Translations under genes and position numbers: made by a program
Part shown: positions 25,251 through 39,300 of the stretch, piece after piece
Layout of the letters: the number at the start of each line of letters is the position of its first letter
Position numbering within the stretch: position 1 is the first letter of the stretch
DNA from: Pocillopora damicornis
Lineage: Eukaryota
Length of the DNA: 64,000 nt
Direction: 5' to 3'
NCBI RefSeq assembly: GCF_003704095.1
Contig: NW_020844944.1
Coordinates: 124,001 to 188,000 of the forward strand
The notes under the pieces: model-generated
Told to the model about the DNA's origin: nothing
Seen by the model: the letters and a program-made list of their open reading frames with translations, nothing else
Database searches by the model: none

Positions 25251-28200
25251 GCTTACAATTTCATTATTATTACAATACATTGTTCCCATTTTCAATTAAT
25301 GACTTGGAACTAATTAAAAGTATAAGCAGCCAAAAAATAAAAGCTGCCGGATACCTCATTGTAATGAAAACTGTGAAATTTAGAAATGAGCTTCGAGGTG
25401 AAGTTTCCAGCATCGAATAATAAACATTCGCCAATTTACGCCAGAACAAACATCTCATCACGATCAACAGCGCTTATGATCGGCTCATTTGCGAATTCCC
25501 TTTTATTGACGTCTTTGCTCTATTAAGCCAATGATAGCTGGAAACAGCTGATGAAAATTTTAAAGTGGAAGAAAATACTTCTTTCAAAGAAATAAAATAT
25601 AAACACCATATCGAAAATTGGCGCGGTGTTTCGCGCAAATTTTCCACTTAACCAAGTCAAGTATGAGACTGGTCAATCAAGCCAGAAACAAATTAACTTG
25701 CAGTTACGACGTATCCGGGATTTGTAGTGTGCGTAAACGTAATAAAGGTGTCATGATTGTAAGATTGGAAAACGAGGATGAGAATAGGACGAGCAGAAAC
25801 TGATTTGTCGAAGAATTGAATTTGATCAGCGATTCGTTTACTTTTTGTTTCGCTTGCTTTCATACGCGGTACGATGAATATTATCAATGAAAACCACCAT
25901 ATGGTTAATCGAAAATAGCTTCATTACAATTTAATAATCTCCCATACGAGCTGTTTGGAAATCCACTAAATAATGAATTTCACTTAAGCACAGAACTTTA
26001 GGGCATTAACGAGAAAATACGCTATTGTCGCGCTGGTCGGTTTAAAACTCTGAAAAAAAAAAAACGCGGCTCAAGAAATCATCACACTATGTTAAGAGAT
26101 TGCGCTTGGCTAACTTCGAATTCTTAACCTATTAGCGTTCCACAAAAGACAAGCTTTGTTTGTTTAAACAAAGATGGCCCGTGGCTGATAAAGAAAGACA
26201 TTCCGTCCTCGCAGTTCATTTATTTAAGCTAAGTAAATTTCAATTAAGAAATATCCGGTAGAGCTTTTGATACTTTGCCTTGATAAAATGAAAGTGTTAG
26301 AGCAAAATTACTCTGTTTTGTTCTTGCTCAGCTTCTTATTCAAGCAGTGCTTTACAAAAAGGAAAAAAATCTTGGAAGAACAAGAGAATTCTTCATTCAT
26401 AAAATTTATTAATTTTCTTGGCGTGGCAAGATGGCCCTATATATCTACACATTTTTGCGGGTAGTTTAAGATACTTTCATGTGTCGTTTGAATTTCTGAG
26501 ACAGGCAGGGTATTTTTATTTTATACATAACAACAGCTCGCTTTATCATTTAAAACAGTGAGGTGTATCTCCCATTGAACACTTGTTTTTCAAAAACCCA
26601 TTTGAATAAAATCGTCAAACTTTTTCGCACTTTTCGCTTTCAAAATTTAATGAGATTTAAAAAAACATTTCCCAGCCCTTTTAAAGCAGCTACGAAGTGA
26701 TACCCTAATGCTCATGTAACTATGGATTATTTTTCTTTATGCACTTAGGCAGCGAGGAAAACTCTACTTTAAACTGTAGTCTAAACGATTCTTTCGCCTA
26801 AAGCTGCGGTAATTTCGACAGGATAAACACGATTATTACACGGGAGGTCTATACACAGCTAATGCGCGGGCAATACTTGTTATTTTGTCGCACTGCAAAT
26901 GGAATATGCATTAGGTCCTAACTGGGAGCTTTACAGTGAGATCATCAGTATTAAAACTCGGGTAAATTGAGCGAGATGACCCGCTGTCGCGAGTAAAAAG
27001 ATCCGATTGATTTAACCATAATGGAACTGAACTAAAACAAAACCGGGTGGTATTTGAGTGGATCCACGAGTGAAAAAATGCTTCAAAAGAAGTTGTTATT
27101 CGAGAAACAGTGAAGTGAGGAATAATAACCGTATTATATTTGGGCGATAAAGTTTTGATTTTAAGTACAAAATCGGTACAAAATCGAGACAGATTCGGCT
27201 TCAAGATGAGTTAAAAATTGATTTAATAATTGTGAATTTCATACTTTTTGTTCGCACAGGTGATGGGATTTTATTGCCAATCAATCACTACATCACGTCA
27301 TGACGCAAGGTTTTTATTTTTTCTTTTGTGCAAAGTTCGCGGGCATTATCTCTTCCTCTCCTAGCCGTAAATGGTTGAGCGATTTTCAATAAAAGATTTA
27401 TGATAAATACGCCTTTCTGCCTCATAGGACAGAAGATTTTTATTTTTTTCACCATGGGAAAAGACCATCTGGACTGGGCTGTTTCACAATCACATCCCCG
27501 TACATTTTTCATAAGCTTGTTTATACAAAATACAAACATCATGCAAACATTGCCATTTGCCCTTAACATCATCGGCAAACGATGTTTAAAGTTTCCTAAC
27601 GCAGAATAAAAAGGGAATTACATTTTGACGAGTCAATCTGGATGTCGAAAAGCGCACTATTGCCAGCATGAAGGACGCTACCGTCAGATTGGAATGTTTG
27701 AAAGCTTACGAGCTTGTTTTTTGTGGACAAAACTAATTTAAGCTGTCTCTAACCGGGTGAAATTTCTGGAAGTGGTATAAAAACACGAATTGAAATACTG
27801 AATTTTCACAGCTGTGATCAAATGAACATAGACAAAGACCAAGAACGTGTCGCAATTATCTTCTCTAAAAGATAAAATCAACGTTACTTCAAGTTCTAAC
27901 CGGCATACGACGCTCATAGATAATTATTGTAGATAAAACTCGTGCCAGTTGAATTAGGTGTTCTCGAGTTAAAAACCGGTATACGTGTTTTCAATGTCAA
28001 CCTTGTCGTAAAGATGCAGCGGTAAAAACATAACAACACTCACTTGCTTGAAACTGCCTTAGAAAGATAACTTGATCTACTGAAAAATTCTCATAACTGA
28101 CACTCAAAGAAATATGTATTGTCCACTTTGATAAACTCATCTTCTCAACATTCACAATTTTTGATTTGGTCAATTTTTTTCTCATACTTTCTTTTAAACT

Positions 28201-30942
28201 CTTAAAATCATTTTAGAACTTAACGATGGGCGAATTTTCACGTTTTTCTATTCTCAAAAATTCTTGATAATCAATCGAGTCGATTTATTTTCCCTGTGGC
28301 ATTTTTTGTACACTAAAATCCCGATTGCTATAGCCTCAGCTAAGATCTCTCATGTGAGAAAAAAAACAGAAATTATCACGTTTAAACTTATTAATTCGAA
28401 ACTCAGCAAGCGACTGTCTGTGTTAGGCTAATACCATCCAACTTCAATTGGTCATCTGTGAAAAGCTGAATGTCGTTTGAAGTCACGTGACTTATGCTTC
28501 GTCCCAGCGTTCCCTTAAAATTCGTGCAACAGACAACTAAAGAAATCTGCAATAAACACTTCTAAACTCGAGGCAAATAGTCTACTTCTTTAATGCACTA
28601 TATTTATGAAATATTTATCCATTTCAGTTTTATTATCCTGTCTTAAAGTTCTGGCTGGATATTCTTAATGGGAAATTATCACTTACCTTCGTTTGAGTAA
28701 ACCAGCTTTTTCAGTATTTTGTTTCGAGGAGTATCATGCTAGCACTCGATTCAACGAAGCGCTGAAATCGATTATACACATGTTAATATATTTATATTCT
28801 TTTTATATTTTAATGTTGTTTTAAAAGAATATTTAGGTCCTTTCTTTAGTTGAAAATCACGGTCGTTCTAAATTAAGCTCCACAAGTGAAGTCTTAAGAA
28901 AAAGTTGTAATTATGAACATTTGAGAATCACAAGATTGAGCGTTTGGAACTCGGACGTTACCTCTTCATATCAAGCGTTTATTTTCACACTCTCTTTCAA
29001 TTGCTCCTAAACGATGCGTTGTTACACAAAATTAAAACAATTCTCGTATTCCCTAAAATTATCTATGAATAGCAAGCTAAAATGTTATCCATTAAAACCA
29101 TGTTAAATGATGTTATTGTTAAAAGTTACATTTGAGCGGTGTTCTTTCATATACTGCGGTAATGGCGCCCTGTCGTTTTATACAACTTTAAAGCGTCAAA
29201 AATTAGTCGGAAGCTTTCGAACTCGCTCAAAAAGTTGGCGTCATGTTATACTATCCGCCAGATTGGGAGTTTAAAATTTTAATCACCTGAGTAAAACTAA
29301 CAATTGTTTAAAACAGCAATGCAATCTCGAGCCGCCACATCTCAAGATATGTTTCCTCAATTTTATACGGGGAAATATCTTCGACAAAACACTCACATGG
29401 ATTATCGAAAAGTTTCTTTGATTTGAAAGAACAATCCCCATTTTTTGAAGTTTAGTCTACTGTTAAATGTCTTGTTGTCATTAAGATAATAGTGACAGAA
29501 TAATATAATATCATAATGAAAGTGGCCGCATATGAGATAGAAACAAGAAAATCTAAAAAAAACTAAGGTTGGCTGTTAAATGTTGCCACCCATTTCTCTC
29601 ACACTTTGCTTTAGAGCTTTGTACTAAATTAAAGCTTCGTTTTTACAAGACATCTTGCTGTTTTCCCTGTGTTCGTATTGTTTTTCAGCTGAGAAACCTT
29701 CTTTTCTTGTTGCTAGACTCCTTGCCAGTGGTAAAACAAGCTTCAGTGTTGTCACATACAGAAAAACACGTGAAACCACCAGGGACATTAAAATGCCTTT
29801 GTTCCCAAACTGGGTCCTCATCTGAATGAGTTCTTTGTTCCGAAGGCCAGTATTGTTAGTATCAGCGTGAAAATGCTGCGTTCAATTGAGTTAAGTGCTT
29901 TATGAACGAACTTTTTCACAGAGGCTCTTGACTTGTGTGAGAAATGTAACCGATCTCTCAATGTTGAAATTTACCTCTGATTATGGCGTTCATTAGCATT
30001 AAAAAAGAGGAAACCTTTAAGTCGAGAACTGTAAACATATTGATATCCTCTTCAGTGCATGTAACTTCAACGTCTACAGGGGAGTTTTCATGTATCGATC
30101 TTTTGTCAATAAGACAAGATTACGGGTTTGTCCGCGACAAAGTGGTGGCTGTATTGTTCTAATAATAGCAAACAAAAAGACTCTATAATCAGCAACATTT
30201 GGTTGTATTGAGCGATCGATTGTTCGAATTCAGCATGATGACAAACGAACTCCCACGGGAATTTCTGTTGCATTTTAACAACTACTCAAGGCAAAGGCCG
30301 AGTCGAGTTGAAGGTAAAGAGTCGGAGTAAGACGAAAGCGAAATATTATCTAGTGAACATATCTGCTATATATTTCTTCGTGAAAAAAATTTTTCTCTGT
30401 TTGAAGAGGGAAACGATTCACTCCTTCTTTAAAAGGGCTTAGGTAAGTTTTAAGATAAATTAAAGAAAACTATAAAAGTTTCTTGGCAAGCAAAAGTTAT
30501 TTCTTACATATTTTCTTTGCTTCGTGGTATATCATAATTATTTGTTTAGCGAAGTGAGTTGTGAGGTTTTCGTAGAAAATGACACACGATGTTTTTACAC
30601 CACTCGGGGATCGAGTTGGATACTTAGATGGCCTCACAAGAACGTGTTCTTGATTACTTTTAGAAGCTTCAAAATCAAATACACTTGGTTAATTTGTTCC
30701 CAAGTGTCCACTGATATCTGAGCATTGTCTAGTTCTGCTAAAAATTGGAAGTTGTAGTTGTAACATCCTTCTAAAGAGATGTACAGATATTTTTGTAAAA
30801 ATGACAAATTTTCAGGAAGACACATTAAGATTTGTTTAAAAATATAAGTATATATATCATTATGATTTTCTACACTCCCAAGAATCTTAGGCAATCGTAG
30901 TCAGGAATGAAATATGGCATCTCCTAAAGGACTCAACCTGGT

Positions 30943-31112
30943 GCAGGGACAATCCCGGTGGGAGGGTCTGTGGGGGTCCGGATCCCCCTTCCCACCAGAC
31001 CTATACTTCTCTGCTTATTTAGGCTATAGATTCGAAAAAGAAAAGTTTGCTGTGTTCCTGAATTTGTTTGAACCATCTCCCTTCAAAAATTTTTGGCCTG
31101 GATCCGCCCTTG
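30943..31112. mobile_element. Degenerate MITE with CAGGGGCGGATCCAGG-type termini
   Basis: Right end cctggatccgcccttg, decayed left end cagggacaatcccgg, internal gggggtccggatccccc hairpin. Confidence 0.45.
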
Positions 31113-33350
31113 CGAGTGTGTGGGTCAGGGGGAAGGTACGCAAGCCCATATCCCCAAACAGCGACTGATAATCGAGCCTACCCTTGTGAAGCTACTCTGA
31201 ACCAGTTGACAAAATGGCCCCACAAAGGGTTAAAACAGGTTTAGGGCCATAGAGCTGAATCGGCCCTTTGGGGCTGAAACAGGTCTTTTGAATTTACAGT
31301 TTAAAGCTCATAACGGAGCCTCTTTGTCAGTATTTGTTTCACCATATTTTACAAGATAGTGCCCAGTTTTATTTGCAATGGCAAGCATTTGAGAACTATT
31401 GTAGCAAATTCACGATTTGAGCGTTTTCTTAAACTGTACTTCCTTTTAAAAAGTACTATAAATATATTAAAAATTCTCACCTCTATAAGAAAGAGAAAGA
31501 TTGTCGCTTTCGTCTTTTTCTGGTCTAATTTCTGAGGACGGAGGCCTCCCTTCACAACATCAGCTTTCTACAGGTTCATACTCCAAGGTGCAAAAAATGG
31601 CTGAATTCGTATCATAGAACGATTAACATTCCGTTCTCTACAATACCCAAGCGGGAGGTCTCTGTGAAAAAGTCCGGCCACACGAAGGTCGTCAATACAG
31701 GCCAAACCCTTTGACTATGTTTGGTCTGACAGGTAGACTTCTCTGACTCAGTAAATATCCCCCCTCCCCTTCCAAAAGAGGTATTCCTCACCTTGCAAGC
31801 GCTCTTCGAGTCCATTCAGGTGGCGCACGTTAATGCTGACGCTTGCGTGACATATCCAGCTTTGCACAAAGTTTGTCGATGAATCCTTGAATGAACGAAA
31901 CATAATCTCAATTCTTTGAAAAAGCGTGAGGACAAATAAACTCAAATCGTTATTAAAATCCTATTGGAGCTGTGCAAACATGCCCACAAGAGCGTGGAAA
32001 CGTCACGTCACGCAGTTGACCTTTGTCATGGAAGGTCACTACTGATGTTCGTTCATTTATATCCTATGAGGAAAATAATGAATTCTTAATAAGTTAAATT
32101 TATGAAAGTTCCCTTCACCTATCATTCCCTCTATTCTATCCAAATTGTGCATTTGTACCACGGCAGTAACTTCTCCTTTCGTTCAACCCACGTGCTCATG
32201 GCTACGAAGTAAAGTGGCCCACGCTGATTGTTTAACGAGGTGAAATGAAACGCCAAATTCGTCTCAAAATGACGAAAATTGCCAATAATTTTCACCTGTA
32301 GAGATATGAAGACCTTCGCATAATTGTAATTTGAAAAACATCCTTAAATTCAACCACCAAAAGTTGCCTCAAGAATATCAACTGGATAATGATGTGACGC
32401 TGTGCACGCAGACGAGCCGTGCGGGAATTGAGTTCTTATTCATCAGACTGACCCAAAATAAAGGGTAGCGGTATAAGTTTCCCGCCAAAGGTGCAATCTC
32501 GAGCTCAGGGTCATTCTGGCTCCCTTTCAGCGGTATGGTCGCCAACAAATGAACTCTTTTGTCTCAGATAATGTGCGATTCCGGTTTTATTGCGCATTAG
32601 TACGTTCTTGAGAAATGGCTTACGATATTTAGTAACATCACTGTTGGTCCTAGTAAAAACCTAACCACAACAAAGGGAAGTTAACCGTTTTGCCGTAAAA
32701 TAGCTAAAAATTTTAGCTGTTATTTTCGCCCTATCGAGACCCTCTTTGACTATCTCTGAGTTCCTACAACAAATATGACTTTATTCACATATGTTCCCGA
32801 TAAAGATACTTTGATTTCATTGATTATACTTAAAAATTACTACCTAAATCGTTACTTTTTTAAATATGCTCTAACAGCCAAGTTAAAAATATCAATTTTT
32901 CGTTTGAAATAAGAGAATAAGAAATTCATAATAGATCTTGTAAAACAAAAACTGAGCAAAGTAATGAATGCAAACAACCAGTTTGAGCTGAAGAAAATAA
33001 CACTGCGAGCCAATAACAATTCAAGGTAAAACAAGCAAACTGTTTGCAGCGCGGGAAAACGCGGATGAACACTTTTGAATCTGCTCGGCTGAGCAATAGG
33101 TGCGAGTATTCTGGACCAATCCCATATAAAAGTAAAGGAAAAACCAATTCAAAACGGAATATCTAGGGACAGCTCTCAACAATCAATTGAAAATTGCTAT
33201 ATAACCACCGAGGTGATTTCATTATTAACAGGACGATGAAAAGCTTTCGAATGATTCGTTTATTTCCTCGTCACATGATTTGTTGTGGAGTAAGATAAAT
33301 ATAAAGCGATGGAAATTAATTTCAAATGAAACTTTCAAATGTTTATAATA

Positions 33351-36300
33351 TCAAACAATGTCCTGTTCACTGTCTTCAGGGTCTTCTTCGTCTGAGTCCG
33401 ACACAACTGAAAAAATAAATTGCAAATCGTTAATAAATTGTAATACGCCGACTGACTAACTAACTAACATACTACTGAGGCCGGAGGGACGAACGAACAA
33501 AAAACCTGGTGATTGACCGACCGAGTGATCCACTGACTCACTGACCGGCCGAATTACCGACGGACGGACTGACCGACAGACTCGCTGCCTGGCCTGGTGC
33601 TATCTGCTTGACTGACTGACAAGGGAAACGAAATGTAGAATTAGTATAGTTTTTTTTGACAGCTTAAAGTTTAAAATTAACTTTGGAATAATACAAAATT
33701 CTTATAAAACAACATCTAGAAATAAGCTGTGAAAAACGTACCTGTTGACATAACATCTATTTCTCCTAAAATCATTTCAAGCTGATTGACAGTCTCTTTG
33801 GAGTTTCGGCGCAATTTGTCCTCTATATTTTCTTCGTCACTCGGCCTTCTCGCTTCTTTATGGGACACACTTTGCCTTCTTATCTTAATTTCAGGTAAAG
33901 GTGCTTTTTGTTGCGTCCATGAGTTTAATATTTTATCAACCAACGCGGCCCGCTTCATAGCACTTTGCCAAATGTCACGTAACCTTTCCTGAGCTTGTTG
34001 CGTGACTCCGGATTGCATATGCTCATGTCCTTCCTCGGGTAACCCATAAGCATGGCGTGACACTTGGGGTGACTCTAATGCGTTCAAACTCAAATAAGAT
34101 CTTTTATTCCTGCGATCTTTATCGCGCGAATACCTTTCTCTTAGACGTTTAAGTTCTGACCGGTTCCTCTTATCCTCTTCTTCTCTTTTCTTGTACTCTT
34201 TCAAGCTGTGGTCTATCTCAGAATGCAGTGTTCTGGACTGCAGTGAATTTATATTGTCTTTTAATCGCTGAGCCCTAACTGATTTATCTGTAGAATTGGC
34301 ATAGATTCCTTTTAACCTCTTGTACACCATTGCTTCCTTTTCATTCATCGCTACGATCTCGTTCCTCTTGCATGCTGATGTTAATCCTGTGTTTGTCAGG
34401 CGGCTTATTGTTGGGTTTCGACGCTTGTGATTTGTGCAGCCTTTTGCATGTACATTAGTTTGTTCTGCACGCATTCTAGCCCATGTCTTGGCCCAAGCCT
34501 GCTGTCCTTTATCTCCTGTTTCGGCTTTAATCCCAACTTTCCTGTTCCCCGGCCGCAGATTGTATTCCATTGGTGGAAGATTTCGTGAGTGCGATTCTGT
34601 GGTGGACACTGCGCGTCTGTTGAAGCCCATTTCTAAAGTAGACACTGATTGGGAAAAACACACCAAGTTAGGAAAAAATCTGCACGTTGAGGAGACGTTT
34701 AACAAATAGACTTGTCCTTATGTCGAAAATAATTAACAACTATCCACTAAAGAGGAGGTGGCTAGTGATGGACATACCATGAATAAAATTACCTTTTTAT
34801 TTTCAGTTTTATAACAAATCATGACAGAGCCTAAAAGACATAGGGCAATTACGAGACTTCTTAATGGAGTAATCTGCCTCAGATTATCCCTCAGCATTTT
34901 GCCAGGTTTTCCATGACAATTCGTCGGTACCATTTAGACCCCAATGCTAGTAATCATATTCTTAAGAGTTCAAGGCTTAATACACCCTAAGCCTGTTTCA
35001 GGCGTTCAGTTGGTAAAACGGCGCAAAATAGCAAATGGCGCGATAGTCGCGTTGGAGTGAACAGCGAGGGAAGCCTGGGTCGGGTCAGGTAACCCGCTCC
35101 AAACCTCACTCGTTTTTTAACTCCTTTGCTACTATAGTGCTGTTTACTATCGTGTTTTTTTTTAAATAACTGAACGCCTGAAACAGTTAATACACCCTTC
35201 ATGCAAAAAGTTAAGTCAATATCACTCAGTGCCCAGAATTCGAGAAGGACCTTAACGCTCGGTAGTCAAGCTCGCTAACCATTTGGTATCGCGTCTCTCA
35301 ACAAGCAGTTTGAGTAAAACCTTTCTTTCAGTCTTGGGATAAGAGGGCTTGGGTTATACTTACATCCAGCGGGCCTTGAATTAGGCCAGCTTCTTGCGCC
35401 AGTTCCCGGCACTAACATTGGACGTTGTCTTTGAAATGACATCCAGGCTTCCCGCGTCCCTCTTATCTGGTGATTGCGAAAGCTAAAAATGATAAAAGGG
35501 CATGCTGTTAGCTCGTTCAAGATCCTCGCATTACATTAAAGAACAGGGAAGTGAAGGCTTATTTTTCGTGATCTCAGCTTGAAAATGATTCCTACTTTAA
35601 GCAAACAAGAGAATATCAACTGTTTATGATCTCTTAAAGGAGGTAAGACGGAAAAGAAAGAACATTTGTATTTCGCAAAAATTTTCATCATATCACTTTA
35701 GCTGGTCACAATGACAAGCTTTCTTCAACTTTTACAATTCCGAAAAAAAAATGTAAATACGCACATTAAACATTTACGTCAAAAATAACACTTGAAACAG
35801 GTTAAGCAGGGCGTCACAGCAACAATTATGTAAATAGTTGAATCATACATGTCTTTAGCTGAGTTTATACTTATGATCTATCAGTGGACAGACGCATAAA
35901 TGTCGTCTCCGTCAACAACATGTTACTTCTTTATCATATAAAACAAATAGATTCCATGCTGCCGCGGGTCTGCACAGTAACGGAAGACGTCAACATTTGG
36001 TAACAAAATCAGTGACAAAGTCGGCTACGTGTCTTGTGCTATTTTTTTGTCCATGCCACATTTTGACGTAATATTAGATCAATTTCTAACCCAGACACTG
36101 GGTTATGTGAAATCTATGTGTCAATCAAATTTTTGTCGCCTGCTTGCAGGCATTTGTACACCGAAGTGAAAATATTCGAACGAAGTGAAAGAGTCATGAT
36201 TTGATAAATGGTGAAAGAGGAAGTACAATATAATTCATTGTTGCGGTTTACCCGATGCCCTAAATGTAATACTTGAACTTACTAATTACAATAATTTTAC

Positions 36301-39300
36301 TCAACCGCAAACGCGCTGAGCCATTTATTAACAATCTAAATGAGTGCTCCTCGTCAAATTTGCTTTTTTTAAATGTCTAATTGTTGAATACATTTTGTGA
36401 GAGAAAATTGAAAAAAAATTTTTTTCCATGAAACAAGGAAGTATCTCGCAAAAATGCATGTTCTATGTCGAATTTAGGATGTATTTCATTATCATCACTC
36501 GTGTTTCAATAAACATATCGACCTTAAGCACGGGTTTTCGTGTCAGGAACATGACAACATGCCGTTGGAATTAAAGAAATTGCAGTTAAAAATTCATGTT
36601 TTGCTTGGACCAGCTAATTCGGTGGCAGTTCGTTGTAGGCAGCTTGAACAATTTTTTGAATCCCAAAACAAGGGCAAATTGATTATACTTTTGGAGACAG
36701 CAACTGAGCAAAAACGAAACAAGTGGGCGAAGATCGTTGGTTGCAAATGGGAAGGCGTTTATCATCCATTAATCAGTATCTGCGGAAATGGCTTGGAAAT
36801 TTGATTTATACATACATCAGTTGTCTTAGAAATATTGGTCAAATGGAGAGAAAAACAATCCAATGTTTCACTTGCGTCAACTTTTCGCACTCTGTCGGAA
36901 ATTTACGGATTACTTTGACGCCTTGGTGTATATTAACTGTCTCCTAAGAGATTTATTGCTCTGTTGCAAGCAGATACATTTTTGCACGGAATGGTTCGTT
37001 CTCTCGTTTGAAACTAAGAAACGCCATCATCCGAGTAATGTAAATCCCTGTTAGCTCGCCTGTAATTACTGATATATCAACAACGAATAAAATTCTTTTG
37101 TTAACGTTTCGATAGACACAGCAGAATAAATATACCATTTCCTCAAAGTGTTTTTTGTTTATACTTCCAAAGGGCAAACATTTTCTTAACTGTAATCAGG
37201 CATTACTTAATGGCGAAAGACAGCTAAACAAGGAAGGAATGCTATCAGTGATCGACCATCGTAATTTACACTAAGACGTAGTTTCTATTTTGAGTTCAAC
37301 AAAGAACGCATCGAAACTTGTTGGCTTTCGTAACTTATAGCAACTCTAAAATTTTAAATTACTTACGTTTAGTTTCTTCACGATGTGTTAGCATCACAGC
37401 GAGTTGCATCTATATTTTCACTGGTTTCCCACTGAGGTAGACTAAAAGTTCTCGGCTCGAGGAGTTTATGCTTTGTTTAACGTTTCAGCAATCGTGCGGC
37501 CCAATGTTTATTCATCAACAAGTGCATTGAATTACACATGCAAATTAGGAATTAGTGAAAATAATACAAATCATTCTTGTACCATTGACCGGCCACTCAA
37601 TGAATCACTCACAAATCAGTATTCTTATCTTCAGAATAATCTATGCTATAAAAAAACCAGCCATTTTAGCAGTTCTGCTATAACCCACGTTATTCACCTA
37701 AAGCGCAGATATTACAGTTTATCACAAGAATCTGGCAAAGAAAGTGAAACATATATTACTAAGAGAGGGCTCACCGTTTTTCTTTTCCTTTACAGTTTGC
37801 CCCTGTTTGAAATGCAAAATTAACCCTGAAACTCTAGCTATCTTGAATGTTTGAAACGCCGTCACTGAACAAAGAGCATTCTACACCCACGGCCAAAAGT
37901 GCTACAAGTCTCTTTTACCGAAGAATGCTAAGTTGATATCTTTAGAACTTCGGAGATAAAAGAGTAGATAAAAGAAAAGAGTAAATAGTTTTGATCCCTC
38001 AGGCTTAACACGGTCTACTTCGCGCGAACATTTAGGGACAATTTGGTTTCGCAATTCCTTGACAACGGCGCAAGAGAGCTTTTGTCCAAAATCTGTTTGC
38101 AAACAAAAGATAGAAGGACAATTCACTCGTGGCAACGAAATTTTCTTATTTCGCGTACCGTAGTACTTGTGTCGTTTGTTTAAGAAGGCGAGTGGAAACG
38201 AGGACAAAATTTTGTCATGCAGCTGAACTTAATCACAACAGATTTGCTCTGATCTAGTAATCGCATATTTCTTTACTTTAAGGTCTAGGAGAACAATGAA
38301 CGGATAATTTATTTTTCATTACAAAAGGATGATTGTAAGATGCGGTTTTAAACCCAGTTCCATACCTATTAACCTTCAATCCTTTCATCCAAACCTTGGT
38401 AGCATACATTTGATGAAACGAAAATTAAAAAAAAGAGTATAATTTACATTATGCTCCATTAAGAGTGGTCGAGTCTTTGGACTAAGGAATTCGAGGTAGC
38501 ACTCTTTCACTTTAAACACCCTTTAACAGAGAACAAAATTCTTCCCAACATTTAGCTTAACAACTGGTGTTGCAATCTATATGGGATTTTACCATTACAA
38601 ATTTTCATCTGAAACTGGGCGAGAATTCTCTTACTACGCTGGATTACTTTGGGATAAGAGCGGTGTTATGCACACGCTGCAAAAGAGATTCTCAATTTTT
38701 CATCAGTCGAAAAAAGCAAAGCACAATTTTATGTATATTGTTCTCAGGATAAAAAATAATTTTCTGTCGTTTACCTCTCTCCACGAACTTGCCATGTTGT
38801 CGAGTGGCCTTCCGACCAGTACGCCATTAATATACACAAGTTATTCAGTTGTCAAAACATCCCCGGACCCGTGCAAAATTATAATCGGATTAAAACATTT
38901 CGGTACAGTCACTGACTAGACTTTCTTTTCACTTTTGTCTGGCGCTTCTATTAACGAATTGCTACAAGATAACATGTTATTTTGGGATTAAGCCTTGACG
39001 AACAGTGACAGCGACTAAAAGATTGTTGTTCTCCCTTACCGCACACTGACAGTACTTACGCACATTTATCCCCTTACACCCTAATATCAGTATGTATATT
39101 CTCCATACTGTTCTCTATAAATTTCTTCAAGTGCTGACAAGGAGAATTTGTTCAACAATCACGAGTTTCTTAAATTGGTGATCATTTCCTTTATTCTCGT
39201 TACCTTAATGTGTGATTCAGGGTTGATATAGTAAGGAGAAAATAGATGCTGGTCAATCTTAAGGGTTTTAAGGGTTAAACCGTCTATCAATATCTTCCAT

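Noticed and set aside
31550-31950. GC-richer stretch with overlapping short minus-strand ORFs
   Set aside because: No continuous frame, motif or consistent splice sites.
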